Assembly (NCBI GenBank): GCA_041656175.1
Contig: JBBAEA010000002.1
Span: forward strand, 3,697-67,696
Direction: 5' to 3'
Length of the DNA: 64,000 nt
Source of the DNA: Bradymonadales bacterium
Lineage (GTDB): Bacteria > Myxococcota_A > Bradymonadia > UBA4248
Shown: positions 1-9,690 of the stretch, in pieces
Numbering within the stretch: the stretch's first letter is position 1
Layout: every line of letters begins with the position of its first letter
Notes under the pieces: generated by a model
Told to the model about the DNA's origin: nothing
Seen by the model: only the letters and a program-made list of their open reading frames with translations
The model's database searches: none
Program-made: the position numbers and the translations under genes

Positions 1-2303
1 AGTTCCAAAAGCAGATCTTTACCCGTTTTATCTTTATATGGGCTTGCATCCCCCAACTCTTTTTCAAAGACTTCAATAAATTCGTCAAATTGGTCGATTT
101 GCTTTTGGTATGCTTCTTCGAGTTGTGTCCACATATGCAGTAGGTGGCCATCGCGGTCGCCTCTCCCCAAGTCGGCTCTTGAGGGAACTAATTCAAAGCC
201 ACACAAGGGCGTCATCGCCTTGATCAACGAATCGAAATCCCAGTCTTCATACATCACGCCTACGTCCATGAACTTATCGGCTTGCGCGATCAAAACGTCC
301 TCAAACGCATCCAACAACTCATCCTCAAGCGTATACCCCTCAAGGATACGAAGTCGTAAGCCATATATCGCCTTACGCTGCGCGTTCATTACGTCGTCGT
401 ATTCCAAAACGTTTTTTCGATAGTCGAAATTTCGCCCTTCAACGCGCTTTTGCGCCCCTTCGATTGCACGCGTCACCATTCCCGCTTCAATGGGAACACC
501 CGCTTCCATCCCCATACGCTCCATCATACCCGATAAACGCTCAGCCCCAAATATGCGCATTAAATCATCTTCCAAAGACAGGAAGAAGCGCGAAGCTCCG
601 GGGTCGCCTTGGCGTCCCGCGCGTCCTCGCAACTGATTATCGATGCGGCGCGACTCGTGTCGTTCTGTCCCTAAAATAAACAAGCCCCCCGCTTCAATAA
701 CCTCGCGTTTCTCGTCGGCACACGCTTCTACAAACCTACGCCGCGCCGCAAAAAACTCCTCCCCCTCATCGGTGCCAACTTCCTGGCGCGCCATGAAGCT
801 AGGGTTTCCGCCGAGTAAAATATCAGTACCACGCCCCGCCATATTGGTGGCTATCGTCACCGCGCCCTTGCGCCCCGCTTGCGCGATAATTTCGGCTTCA
901 CGCTTATGATTCTTAGCGTTTAGGACGTTGTGCACAATACCCTTTTTCTCCAAAACCTTCGAAATAACCTCGCTCTTCTCTACGTTCACCGTACCCACTA
1001 GCGCGGGCTGACCCGATTTCTGGCACTCCTCGATTTGCTTCACGATCGCCGCGATCTTTTCGCGCTCCGTCCTATACACCACGTCCTGCAAATCCTTGCG
1101 AACACAGGTTTCATTCGTCGGTATCGAAACGACGTCTAGCTTATAAATCTTTTTGAACTCCTCGGCTTCCGTATCCGCCGTACCCGTCATACCCGCTAGC
1201 TTATCGTACATGCGAAAATAGTTTTGGAAGGTGATCGTCGCCAGTGTCTGGCTCTCGGATTGGATCTCTACCCCTTCCTTTGCCTCGATCGCTTGGTGCA
1301 AACCATCCGACCAACGCCGTCCAGGCATCAAACGCCCCGTAAAATCATCGACAATAATAACCTTACCCCCATCAACCACATAGTTCTGATCGCGTTTATA
1401 CAAGGTATGCGCTTGCAACGCCTTGTTCACATGATGCAAATACTCAATATATTTGGGCTCATAAATATTATCCACCCCCAAGTGCTTCTCGATCTTCTCA
1501 ATCCCCGTTTCGTTGAGCGCCACCGACTGCTGCTTCTCATCCACGCTGTAGTCCTCATCGCGCTTCAAAAACGGCACCATCTTATTAATCGCAAAATAGA
1601 GCTCAAGATCCTGCTCAATCTGCCCCGAAATAATCAACGGCGTTCGCGCCTCATCAATTAATATAGAGTCCACCTCATCGACTATCGCATACGCCAAATC
1701 GCGCTGCACATAGTCCTCAATCCGAAACTTCATATTATCGCGCAGATAATCAAAGCCAAACTCATTATTCGTACCGTAAGTAATATCCGACGCATACGAT
1801 TTATGCCTATCGGCGTTGGGCATATCGGTCAAAATCTTACCCACCGAAAGCCCCAGAAACTTATAAATTTTCCCCATCCAGTCCGCGTCTCGGTCGGCTA
1901 AATAATCGTTCACCGTCACAAGATGCGCCCCCCTACCCAAAAGCGCATTCAAATACAAAGGACAAGTCGCCACCAGCGTCTTACCCTCACCCGTTTTCAT
2001 CTCCGCAATCATCCCCCGATGCAGCACCACCCCACCAATCATCTGCACATCATAATGCCGCATCTCCAGCACACGCTTACTCGCCTCACGCACCACCGCA
2101 AACGCTTCCGGAATCAGACTATCTAACGGCTCTCCATTAGCTAAACGCTCCTTAAAAACCGGCGTTTTCCCCTTCAGCTCATCATCACTTAGCGCCGAAA
2201 TCTCACTCTCCCACGCATTGATTTGAACCACTAGTGGCTGAATCTTACGCATCATTCGCTGATGACTCGTACCAAAAATTCGCTTAATTAAACCGCCAAA
2301 CAT
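1..2303 (-). CDS. secA: Preprotein translocase ATPase SecA; N-terminal ~767 codons, 3' end runs off window start
   Basis: Reverse-strand translation from ATG at 2303 gives [20 protein letters not shown]. Further in is [21 protein letters not shown], the SecA DEVD motor motif. No stop before position 1. Confidence 0.9.
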   Translation of the reverse strand, partial: MFGGLIKRIFGTSHQRMMRKIQPLVVQINAWESEISALSDDELKGKTPVFKERLANGEPLDSLIPEAFAVVREASKRVLEMRHYDVQMIGGVVLHRGMIAEMKTGEGKTLVATCPLYLNALLGRGAHLVTVNDYLADRDADWMGKIYKFLGLSVGKILTDMPNADRHKSYASDITYGTNNEFGFDYLRDNMKFRIEDYVQRDLAYAIVDEVDSILIDEARTPLIISGQIEQDLELYFAINKMVPFLKRDEDYSVDEKQQSVALNETGIEKIEKHLGVDNIYEPKYIEYLHHVNKALQAHTLYKRDQNYVVDGGKVIIVDDFTGRLMPGRRWSDGLHQAIEAKEGVEIQSESQTLATITFQNYFRMYDKLAGMTGTADTEAEEFKKIYKLDVVSIPTNETCVRKDLQDVVYRTEREKIAAIVKQIEECQKSGQPALVGTVNVEKSEVISKVLEKKGIVHNVLNAKNHKREAEIIAQAGRKGAVTIATNMAGRGTDILLGGNPSFMARQEVGTDEGEEFFAARRRFVEACADEKREVIEAGGLFILGTERHESRRIDNQLRGRAGRQGDPGASRFFLSLEDDLMRIFGAERLSGMMERMGMEAGVPIEAGMVTRAIEGAQKRVEGRNFDYRKNVLEYDDVMNAQRKAIYGLRLRILEGYTLEDELLDAFEDVLIAQADKFMDVGVMYEDWDFDSLIKAMTPLCGFELVPSRADLGRGDRDGHLLHMWTQLEEAYQKQIDQFDEFIEVFEKELGDASPYKDKTGKDLLLE

Positions 2304-2436
2304 GTCCTGTGCCTCATGCCTCGAAACAAAACTCAACCCTGTGCAGAGCCGAAACAAAGCTGCTAAGTTATAGACACCGACTAGCCGTTGTCAAATATCT
2401 ACACGCAGCTATTTGCAAAAATAAGTTAGCAAGCTC

Positions 2437-2590
2437 TTTTGGGGGGCTCCGCCACCCCTACGCGCGGGCTTCTTCGTAAAATGCACAATTCGCATAAATA
2501 AAATGCGATGTGTGAGCTCAAACCGCTCATCCATCGCATTTTATATGCTCATTGCGCCTTTTACTCAGCGATCCCGCGCTACCCCCCCCT
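2437..2590 (+). repeat. Family-1 structured intergenic element (MITE/REP-like), copy 1a
   Basis: GGGGGG-loop-CCCCCC hairpin, then TACGCGCGGGCTTC, an internal palindrome, and GATCCCGCGCTACCCCCC at the far end. About 90% identical to copy 1j. Confidence 0.8.
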
Positions 2591-2617
2591 TACGCGTTGC
2601 ATGCTTGTCACTTCATA

Positions 2618-3301
2618 TTATTTCACCAAAGTCGATTTTTGCTCAGAGCTAATCACTTCGTCGAATTCACCCAAATCGTCGACGCTACAAACACGAAGCG
2701 ACAATCCGTTCTCGCGACAAAGCGTCATAGCAGTGAGATCCATAACGGCGAGTTTTTGTTCTAGGACTTCATCGAATGAAATTCGGCTAAAGCGTTTTGC
2801 GTTGGGGTTTTTATGGGGATCGCTATCGTATATTCCGTCTACTTTTGTAGCTTTTAGCAGTAAATCTGCCTTTAATTCCAGTGCCCTTAGGGCAGCAGCC
2901 GAATCTGTCGTAAAATAGGGGTTGGAAGTTCCACCAGCTACCAAAACAACCGTACCCGCCGCAAGGTAGTTCCTCGCTTTGCTAATACAGTAATCACTTG
3001 CCATGGAGGGTACAGCACTCATGGCGAGTGCATCTACTCCTGCAATGCGTAGTGCTTCAGCCAAAGCCATAGAGTTTATCACCGTGGCCATCATGCCCAT
3101 TTGATCAGCATAAGAACGATCCCAAGTACTGGCGAATTTTCCACGCATAATGTTGCCACCGCCCGTAACTATCGCCAATTCATGTCCACTTTGGTGAATT
3201 TTTTTAATAAGATTTGCAAAATGGGCTAAGGCTTCTGCATCTAGCCCAAGACCTGTTTTACCACCCAAAACCTCACCACTAAATTTGAGTAAAACACGCA
3301 T
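2618..3301 (-). CDS. pyrH: UMP kinase
   Basis: 227 aa. MRVLLKFSGE..GHELAIVTGGGNI..GTVVLVAGGTSNPYFTTD are typical amino-acid kinase / UMP kinase motifs. Confidence 0.9.
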   Translation of the reverse strand: MRVLLKFSGEVLGGKTGLGLDAEALAHFANLIKKIHQSGHELAIVTGGGNIMRGKFASTWDRSYADQMGMMATVINSMALAEALRIAGVDALAMSAVPSMASDYCISKARNYLAAGTVVLVAGGTSNPYFTTDSAAALRALELKADLLLKATKVDGIYDSDPHKNPNAKRFSRISFDEVLEQKLAVMDLTAMTLCRENGLSLRVCSVDDLGEFDEVISSEQKSTLVK

Positions 3302-3348
3302 TTATATTTTCCTATTCAATCACAGCTTGGTCAAAGCCAATGCAATTT

Positions 3349-4002
3349 TTACGGCACAGTGAAAATGACGCTAGCACCAGCTTGCCAGAGCACCGCTTTG
3401 AATACATCTTTGTTTTCATCGACTATGGAAGCATAAACGTTGACTTCAGGCAACAGCGTAATGCCAGGCGCTAGGCGCAGAGGGAGCCCTAGCATAAGAC
3501 CTGTATAAAATGCAGAACTTCCCCATATTTCTGTGCGTTCATCAGTTTTTGGAACATAAATACCAAGAAACTTCGGTCCAAAGCTGATTCCGACGAAAGG
3601 ATTAATATGGTATTCCATATAAACGGGAAGCTGAAAAGACAGAACGTGTGATGACGGATCATCCATGCCACCGGTACGAACCCATTGGTAGCCTGCCTCT
3701 AGCCCTAGACTTAGATCGAAATTTCCGCGTAAAAGCTGGTATTTGGCACCAATTTGGGCTCCTAAAAAATTGAGCTTTAGTCCAATATCGAAATTATCGG
3801 CAACACCGTAGCGTATGGCTGCCTCGAAGTTGGGATCTGTCGATGCACTAGTATTTTTGCCATCGCCCCCTGCGCCAGACGCGTTGATTGCCCATTGTAT
3901 TTCACCTTTTTCGACAGTAGCAGGCAATTGCATTGTGCTCACTGATGCACAAGCACTGAGAAAAAAGACAAAGAATAAGATAGGGAAGAGAATTCTTTTC
4001 AT
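3349..4002 (-). CDS. Hypothetical lipoprotein, probably outer-membrane associated
   Basis: 217 aa. N-terminal signal with lipobox LSAC. Beta-rich, Gly/Tyr-rich composition. No family recognised. Confidence 0.55.
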   Translation of the reverse strand: MKRILFPILFFVFFLSACASVSTMQLPATVEKGEIQWAINASGAGGDGKNTSASTDPNFEAAIRYGVADNFDIGLKLNFLGAQIGAKYQLLRGNFDLSLGLEAGYQWVRTGGMDDPSSHVLSFQLPVYMEYHINPFVGISFGPKFLGIYVPKTDERTEIWGSSAFYTGLMLGLPLRLAPGITLLPEVNVYASIVDENKDVFKAVLWQAGASVIFTVP

Positions 4003-4058
4003 GATATAAGCTAAATGCCGTTTTATAGTAAAATCGCTTTGCGCAGTGTTCTAGAGTT

Positions 4059-4210
4059 AGGGGGGTAGCGCAAGATCACCCTCATGATCGGTGCCTGAGC
4101 GTATTTTATGCATTGGATGCGCGATATGAGCGCATACAATGCATAAAATCTAACGCGAAGCCACCGATCATGAGGGAAGCTTGCGCGTAGGGGGGATATC
4201 CCCCCACAAA
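4059..4210 (-). repeat. Family-1 structured element, copy 1b (inverted orientation)
   Basis: GGGGGGTAGCGCAAGATCACC...CTTGCGCGTAGGGGGGATATCCCCCCAC. About 34-bp imperfect terminal inverted repeats. Confidence 0.8.
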
Positions 4211-4258
4211 AAAAAACATATACTAAATAACTGGCTCCATTGCGCAAAAAAGCTGCAA

Positions 4259-5368
4259 CTACTTGAATTTAATAAACAATAACAGAGCTAATAAAATAAC
4301 AAGCAGGAACAAAATGGCGGCAATGAGCAGTTTTAATACCTTACCGTGGGAGTTGACAGCAGATTTACTGTGGGCCTCGCTTGGGAGATTTTGGTAGGGC
4401 GAAATGGAGAAGTTCTGGGCAGAACTCGTGGGCGGAGCAGTGTAGGGTGCGGGCGCTTGCGGAATATTAACAGGTGGGGGAGGCGCTTGCTGCGCTTTAG
4501 CCTGTTCGGCGATGGCTTGCCTCCTAGCTAGCTCCTGCTGCTCAGCAATCGAAAGACTGGAAGGCGATGGGTTTGCGGGAGGCATAGGACTGATGGGTGG
4601 CGTAGCGGGTGCAGGCGCTGGTGGAACTTTAGCCATTTGAGGACTGGGGTTGTAAGCAGCCCTAACTTGCGGTGCTTGGCGCGGCGGCTCGAAAGGGTGA
4701 TGTGGGAGCGGTGGCTGTTCGTGGCGAATTTGCGGTTTGGGAGTGGGAACAGATACATGCGGGATAGGCGCGTTTGTGGGAGGCTGTACAGTGGATTTGG
4801 GCGACATCACGGGTGCGTGGCTTTGTGATTCGGGTACGAAATAGTCCACAACAGCCTTGATGTCAGCGGGCATTTGGTAGTTAATGACGCGGGGATCGTC
4901 AATAAAAGCGAAGTAGGACTCTGGAAATTCCTCAAACTCCATCTCCTGCCCATCGTCGCTATAAATACGCGGCGGTTGCACAGGACGCGTTTGGCGCAGC
5001 TCTTCTGTAAAAAGTAAAACCGCTTGCTCCTCGCCTGTATCGGGGTGCGAGTAAGGCGCATAAAAGCTATGAATGAAAGCATCGGAAGCGAAATTCGCAA
5101 CCATATTGGCTTGGTTCACAACAGGTGGCGAGCATTTTAGCAATATGACATGCACACCTAGCGCTAGAATCTGGTTCAACCAATTGACCCAGTCACGTAC
5201 ACCGCAAGAGTTAATGCGCTCAATCTCAGATAATTCAATCAGTAGCAGCCTACCTTGAATTTGTGATAACAAATTAACGAGTAGGTTATCCTCATCTAAA
5301 ATGCCTTGCAATTTTAGGTAAGTGTAACCATTTCCAGCGGTTAGTGTTGGTATAAATTTACGTTGCAT
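4259..5368 (-). CDS. STAS-like N-terminal domain, long Pro-rich linker, C-terminal transmembrane anchor; hypothetical
   Basis: 369 aa. N-terminal ~100 aa resemble an anti-sigma-antagonist STAS fold (GILDEDN..LIELSEIERINSCGVRDW). Then ~200 aa of P/A/Q low complexity. Ends in LLIAAILFLLVILLALLLFIKFK. Confidence 0.5.
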   Translation of the reverse strand: MQRKFIPTLTAGNGYTYLKLQGILDEDNLLVNLLSQIQGRLLLIELSEIERINSCGVRDWVNWLNQILALGVHVILLKCSPPVVNQANMVANFASDAFIHSFYAPYSHPDTGEEQAVLLFTEELRQTRPVQPPRIYSDDGQEMEFEEFPESYFAFIDDPRVINYQMPADIKAVVDYFVPESQSHAPVMSPKSTVQPPTNAPIPHVSVPTPKPQIRHEQPPLPHHPFEPPRQAPQVRAAYNPSPQMAKVPPAPAPATPPISPMPPANPSPSSLSIAEQQELARRQAIAEQAKAQQAPPPPVNIPQAPAPYTAPPTSSAQNFSISPYQNLPSEAHSKSAVNSHGKVLKLLIAAILFLLVILLALLLFIKFK

Positions 5369-5462
5369 GAATAATGTCCCGCGTACATGGTCTGTGTTCG
5401 CAACATCGAAAGAGCCCCCCCCCAGCGAGTCTAACAGGAATTACGAAGTGAAGCAAAATCAA

Positions 5463-6809
5463 TTAGCGTGTGTCCAACCTCGAATTTAGCATTAAGGGTG
5501 GTTGGCCAGTAGAAATAACAACATCGCGCCACAGATCGCTCTCTGGGTCAATGACATTGCGCTCATGCACCGACATGCGTATTGGCACATGTACGTAGCG
5601 GTCGTGGATCATCGAAATGAGCAAACCGCTGCGACCGCTCATCGCGGCGTGCACAGCAGATGCCCCAAGTCGCGCGCAATAAATCGAATCGTTGGGATTT
5701 GCCTTAGAACCACGAATAATATAACTCGGATCGATATATTTTAGGTTTAAGTTGACGCCGTCTCTCTTGGCTAGCTGAATAAATTTTTCTTTTAAAAATA
5801 CACCGATGTCAGAAAGTATTTTATTCCCTGATGCATCAACAAGGTTCGAGGCTTCGAGCAGTTCTTGGCCAGCGCCTTCGGCTACCAAGATAACCGCATG
5901 TTTTCTTCGCTCTAATCGTTTTTTTAGATTGATCCACAAACCGTTCTCGCCTTCAATATCGAAGGGCACCTCGGGAATGAGGACATAGTTTACATCGTTG
6001 GAGGCGAGCGCTGTGTGTGCAGCGATAAAGCCCGATTCGCGCCCCATTACTTTGACTAGCCCTAATCCATTAATCGCCGATACTGCCTCGGTGTGCGCGG
6101 CTTGAACAGCATTGACTGCGTGAGATACAGCAGTTTCAAAACCAAACGATCGTTGTACGAAGCTTAAATCGTTATCGATAGTTTTTGGAACCCCTACGAC
6201 GGCTAATGTTCTGTTTCTGCGTTTTGCTTCCTCGTAGATGGCGAGCGCTCCTCTTTGTGTGCCATCACCGCCGATGGTAAAGAGAATGTTGAGGTTGAGC
6301 TGTTCTATGGTATCAACGATAGCAGAGGTATCTGCGCCACCGCGTGAACTACCGAGTATGCTTCCACCATGCTCATGAATGTAGCTAACAACATCGGGCT
6401 CAAGTCGCATGGGCTCAAAAGCATAATCGTGTAAAAAACCGTTATAACCGAAAGGAATACCTATAATATTTCGCACGCCGTATTGGTACCATAGCGTCAT
6501 AACGATGGATCTAATCACATCATTGAGCCCGGGGCACAGACCACCGCAAGTTACGATTCCAGCACAAACTTTTTTGGGATCAAAAAATATTCGCTCCCTT
6601 GGACCAGCTTTCTCAAGGAGTTGTTTTTGCTGAAATATTTTTGTAATTGGCTCAGCATCCAAAACCGTGTCTATGTTGTAGATGACAGCTTCATCGTCGC
6701 TTACATAGTTGGCAATCATATCGTCTAAGCGATTGGATAGGTGTAGCGGAGACATCAACTTCGCTGGGCCTAACTTGTCGATACTAAAATCCAAGTCGTG
6801 TTTGCACAT
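5463..6809 (-). CDS. pfk: 6-phosphofructokinase (long PFK-A family form, possibly PPi-dependent)
   Basis: 448 aa. GIVTCGGLCPGLNDVIR and FTIGGDGTQRGA are PFK signatures. Confidence 0.85.
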   Translation of the reverse strand: MCKHDLDFSIDKLGPAKLMSPLHLSNRLDDMIANYVSDDEAVIYNIDTVLDAEPITKIFQQKQLLEKAGPRERIFFDPKKVCAGIVTCGGLCPGLNDVIRSIVMTLWYQYGVRNIIGIPFGYNGFLHDYAFEPMRLEPDVVSYIHEHGGSILGSSRGGADTSAIVDTIEQLNLNILFTIGGDGTQRGALAIYEEAKRRNRTLAVVGVPKTIDNDLSFVQRSFGFETAVSHAVNAVQAAHTEAVSAINGLGLVKVMGRESGFIAAHTALASNDVNYVLIPEVPFDIEGENGLWINLKKRLERRKHAVILVAEGAGQELLEASNLVDASGNKILSDIGVFLKEKFIQLAKRDGVNLNLKYIDPSYIIRGSKANPNDSIYCARLGASAVHAAMSGRSGLLISMIHDRYVHVPIRMSVHERNVIDPESDLWRDVVISTGQPPLMLNSRLDTR

Positions 6810-6902
6810 TTTACTTATTATCTTTTTTTCGTGTAGAGATTTTGGCTATATTTTAGAAAACGAGTTTTATGGTAACCACAAAATACGGAATAATTACAAA
6901 AA

Positions 6903-6932
6903 AGCCGCCAATGACGGCGGCCTTTTTGATTG
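6903..6932. terminator. Bidirectional rho-independent terminator hairpin
   Basis: GCCGCC-aatgac-GGCGGC stem, flanked by an A-run on one side and a T-run on the other. Lies between the ends of two minus-strand genes. Confidence 0.5.
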
Positions 6933-6940
6933 TGCTTTTT

Positions 6941-8065
6941 TTAGAATCTAAATCCTGCACCTATACCGCCGCCATCTTCAGTAAAAACAGGAGATATGTA
7001 GAGATCTTTCGCTCCGTAAATGTCTTCGTTCTGTTCTGGTCTAATAAGGAACAGAATAACCGAAACCACGGCAAGCACTGCACCCGACGCATACATTACA
7101 TTAGCAATCATCGCAGCTTTTTCGGCATCATCGCTATATTTTTTTGCATCCAGCTGGCTAGATACAGAACCAAACGTCGCGCCACTCGCCTTATTTTCTT
7201 TAATCGCTTTCTTTACTTTGTCGTCATTTTTCTTGGCATCTAGGCCAAATTTAACACCAACACCAATAGCACCAAGTGCTGCAACACCAATGATGATACC
7301 ACTAATCATTTGCCCTAAGGGTAGGGGATTACTCTCTTCTACGCGACCAGAGCCGAGTAGCGTATCAATAGCTGGCATTTCTTTATTAAAGAGGTTTGCC
7401 AGTGCCGATCCTAAGTCTTTTTCTTGTCTACGTAGTCTTGGTTGCGTATCGAATTGAACGAAGTTCTTATTGGAATTGGTTTTAACTTCAATCAAGTCCA
7501 GCGTAATTCGCGGTCGAGAGGGTTCGTCGTTGTAAAATCGACCAACGATGATGTAATCAGCATTATATTCTTTGGCCATGTCGGTTAGACAGCTTGGTGT
7601 ATCACCGTTGACGCAGTCAAAGCGCGTGTTGCTATCCATAGCGTTGAGATTATCGATAATAGGGAGCGCCACTACAGCGTCCATGTCGTCAAAAAGTTCC
7701 TTGGACATATGATCCACAATGGCGTCACTCAGGCTATCGAGATGCTTTTGTTCAGTGTCACCCACTGGTTCAAAAAACACCATGCTAACGGGTTTTCCGT
7801 TATTTGGCATTGTGAATTCTGGCTTTGTAGGAGCTTCAAGTTCACTGTCTTCGGTGAAGTTAAAAGTGTCCGATGCATCACTGTCCGAAAAATCGAAATC
7901 CTGGGCTACTGTTAGCGGAACAAAGGACGTACAAAAAAACGTCAGAGCCATAACGCTTAGTGCTCTTTTAAAACCATCACGCATACCAAAAGGATTCGAC
8001 ATGTCACCTCCAACCCTATTATTCCACATGCTCTGTATCAAATCACTCACTCTGAAACAAAACAA
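6941..8065 (-). CDS. Hypothetical secreted/membrane protein
   Basis: Long ORF of 374 aa. Hydrophobic signal-like segment, a TM segment near the C-terminus, and a Gly-rich C-terminal tail ending GAGFRF. Start codon uncertain. Confidence 0.5.
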   Translation of the reverse strand: MFCFRVSDLIQSMWNNRVGGDMSNPFGMRDGFKRALSVMALTFFCTSFVPLTVAQDFDFSDSDASDTFNFTEDSELEAPTKPEFTMPNNGKPVSMVFFEPVGDTEQKHLDSLSDAIVDHMSKELFDDMDAVVALPIIDNLNAMDSNTRFDCVNGDTPSCLTDMAKEYNADYIIVGRFYNDEPSRPRITLDLIEVKTNSNKNFVQFDTQPRLRRQEKDLGSALANLFNKEMPAIDTLLGSGRVEESNPLPLGQMISGIIIGVAALGAIGVGVKFGLDAKKNDDKVKKAIKENKASGATFGSVSSQLDAKKYSDDAEKAAMIANVMYASGAVLAVVSVILFLIRPEQNEDIYGAKDLYISPVFTEDGGGIGAGFRF

Positions 8066-8154
8066 AACCGTGCATTAAGCCCAATAAACCCCCAACCCTG
8101 CAACAAACTACTCCCTTTAGCTATAACTTGCAAGAAACCCAAGCTCATTTTTTC

Positions 8155-9258
8155 TTACAACTGCATTGGCATAACGATAAAGTCCATTTTTTTGTTGTCT
8201 AGATCGCGGATTAAGCTGGGATTATCGGTGTCGATAATCTCTATCGAAACGCGGTCTCCATCGATTACTCTCAAAACTTCTTCAATGTATTTCCAGTTAA
8301 ATCCAACCGTGACACCTGAGCCATCGTATTCACACTCAATGGCATCATGCACCTCGCCAGCCTCGGAATCAAAAGCGTGAATTTCCAGCTGCCCGGGGCT
8401 AAGGCTTAAGCGTATGGTACCAACCTTGGCGGTGTAGTTGCTAGCGCGTTTTAGAACTTGACTAAAACTCGACCTATCAACAAGTGCTTTGTGATCTAAG
8501 AATTTTGGAATAACTTTGGTAAAGTCTGGAAACTGTCCTGGAATGAGCTGTATCGATAAAGAAATTTTTGGGCTCAAAACGATCAGTCGCTCTTTTTCTA
8601 TACCCAGTTTTAGCTCTCCACCTTCCATCACGCGATTAATCTCGATAAGACCTTTTCGTGGAATGATCACACCCTTCTCTAGCGCTTCAGGAACGTCGTT
8701 AGTGACATTCATCTTGTTCTCAACCCGCGAAAGCCTGTGACCATCGGTCGATACCATTTGTACGCGACCATCTTTGTGCAGGACGAAGAAAGCGCCGTTG
8801 AAGTCCACACGTGTTTCGTCAGTGGAGATGCTAAATATCGTTTTACTGATCATATTGGAGAGTACAGAGGCATCTATGCTTAGATTATCATCAGCGTTCA
8901 TTGTCGGAAGTGATGGAAAATCATCGACGCTACTGCACATCAAGCGCCCCTTAAAACGTCCAGACTCTAAAATAGCTTGGTTACCTTCAAGGGATATGCT
9001 CAGAGGACCAGATTGCAAAGACTTCACTGTTTCAAATAGTCGTTTTGCTCCCAAAACTATCCGCCCCTCTTCTTCCACCTTAGCATCGCAAGTACTTCGT
9101 ATCGCAAGATCCAAATCAGTACCCAAAACAGTGATGCTGTTCTCACGCGCCTCGATCATGCAGGAAGCCAAAATAGCTAACGTCGTTTTGCTTGAGCAAA
9201 CTCCTTGGATCCTTGCTAACAACTCACTAAATGCGTCTCTGTCTATGCTGAATTTCAT
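8155..9258 (-). CDS. dnaN: DNA polymerase III beta sliding clamp
   Basis: 367 aa. MKFSIDRDAFSELL..TLAILASCMIEA.. through ..FIVMPMQL, clamp family over the full length. Confidence 0.9.
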   Translation of the reverse strand: MKFSIDRDAFSELLARIQGVCSSKTTLAILASCMIEARENSITVLGTDLDLAIRSTCDAKVEEEGRIVLGAKRLFETVKSLQSGPLSISLEGNQAILESGRFKGRLMCSSVDDFPSLPTMNADDNLSIDASVLSNMISKTIFSISTDETRVDFNGAFFVLHKDGRVQMVSTDGHRLSRVENKMNVTNDVPEALEKGVIIPRKGLIEINRVMEGGELKLGIEKERLIVLSPKISLSIQLIPGQFPDFTKVIPKFLDHKALVDRSSFSQVLKRASNYTAKVGTIRLSLSPGQLEIHAFDSEAGEVHDAIECEYDGSGVTVGFNWKYIEEVLRVIDGDRVSIEIIDTDNPSLIRDLDNKKMDFIVMPMQL

Positions 9259-9299
9259 TGGTCATCCTGTTTTCTAAAAGCAAATCCCCCCTCACTTCA

Positions 9300-9560
9300 T
9301 TCTATATCTAACTTATCTTTATAAGTCTATATAAGTTCGTATTAGAATTAGGCCTTGTGGATATCTGTAAAACCACGATAATTGATTGAAAATATTGAAT
9401 AATTCATCCACATCACTTTCAAAATTACTGTGTATTTCCACTGCATAAGTCTGTGCACAACGACATCCCAAGTGAGTGCTCACACTTATCCACTAGCCTA
9501 TCCACAGCTTATAGACAAGTTTTGCACAGATTTAAGCACAGGCAAATTTTAGACCTTTTG
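9300..9560. promoter_or_regulatory. Putative oriC / DnaA-box cluster in AT-rich spacer upstream of dnaN
   Basis: At least four 8/9 matches to TTATCCACA: TGTGGATAT at 9356-9364 (reverse), TCATCCACA at 9404-9412, TTATCCACT at 9486-9494, CTATCCACA at 9497-9505. AT-rich. Gene orientation switches from minus to plus across this gap. Confidence 0.55.
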
Positions 9561-9690
9561 CTCCAGATCTGAGTGACTAGCTTATGGCGTTTACAGTGAC
9601 AAAATTGATCTCATACGATAAACTTAGAGCAACAATGCTCTGTGTGGCTGTTTGGATTTGAGCCACTGAGGCAAGATTTTAGGGTGGGAG

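Noticed and set aside
2508-2918. ORFs 2508..2918 and 2552..2764 (+) plus similar short ORFs over other family-1 copies (12017..12352, 12115..12507, 12168..12428, 42380..43015, 42610..42792, 25761..26039, 25946..26239)
   Set aside because: They run through repeat elements with palindromic structure and have no RBS or homology. They are artefacts of GC-rich repeats.
4346-5258. Several 60-100 aa ORFs antisense to, or out of frame with, the proline-rich gene (4346..4531, 4528..4758, 4637..4828, 4807..5100, 5073..5258)
   Set aside because: GC-rich, Pro-codon-rich DNA keeps alternative frames open. The long minus-strand ORF explains the region.
8066-9258. Looked for dnaA immediately upstream of dnaN
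   Set aside because: The 430-bp gap has no ORF of useful length. The next gene (9691..) has a signal peptide and OMP-like C-terminus, not an AAA+ DnaA. Only the DnaA-box cluster is reported.
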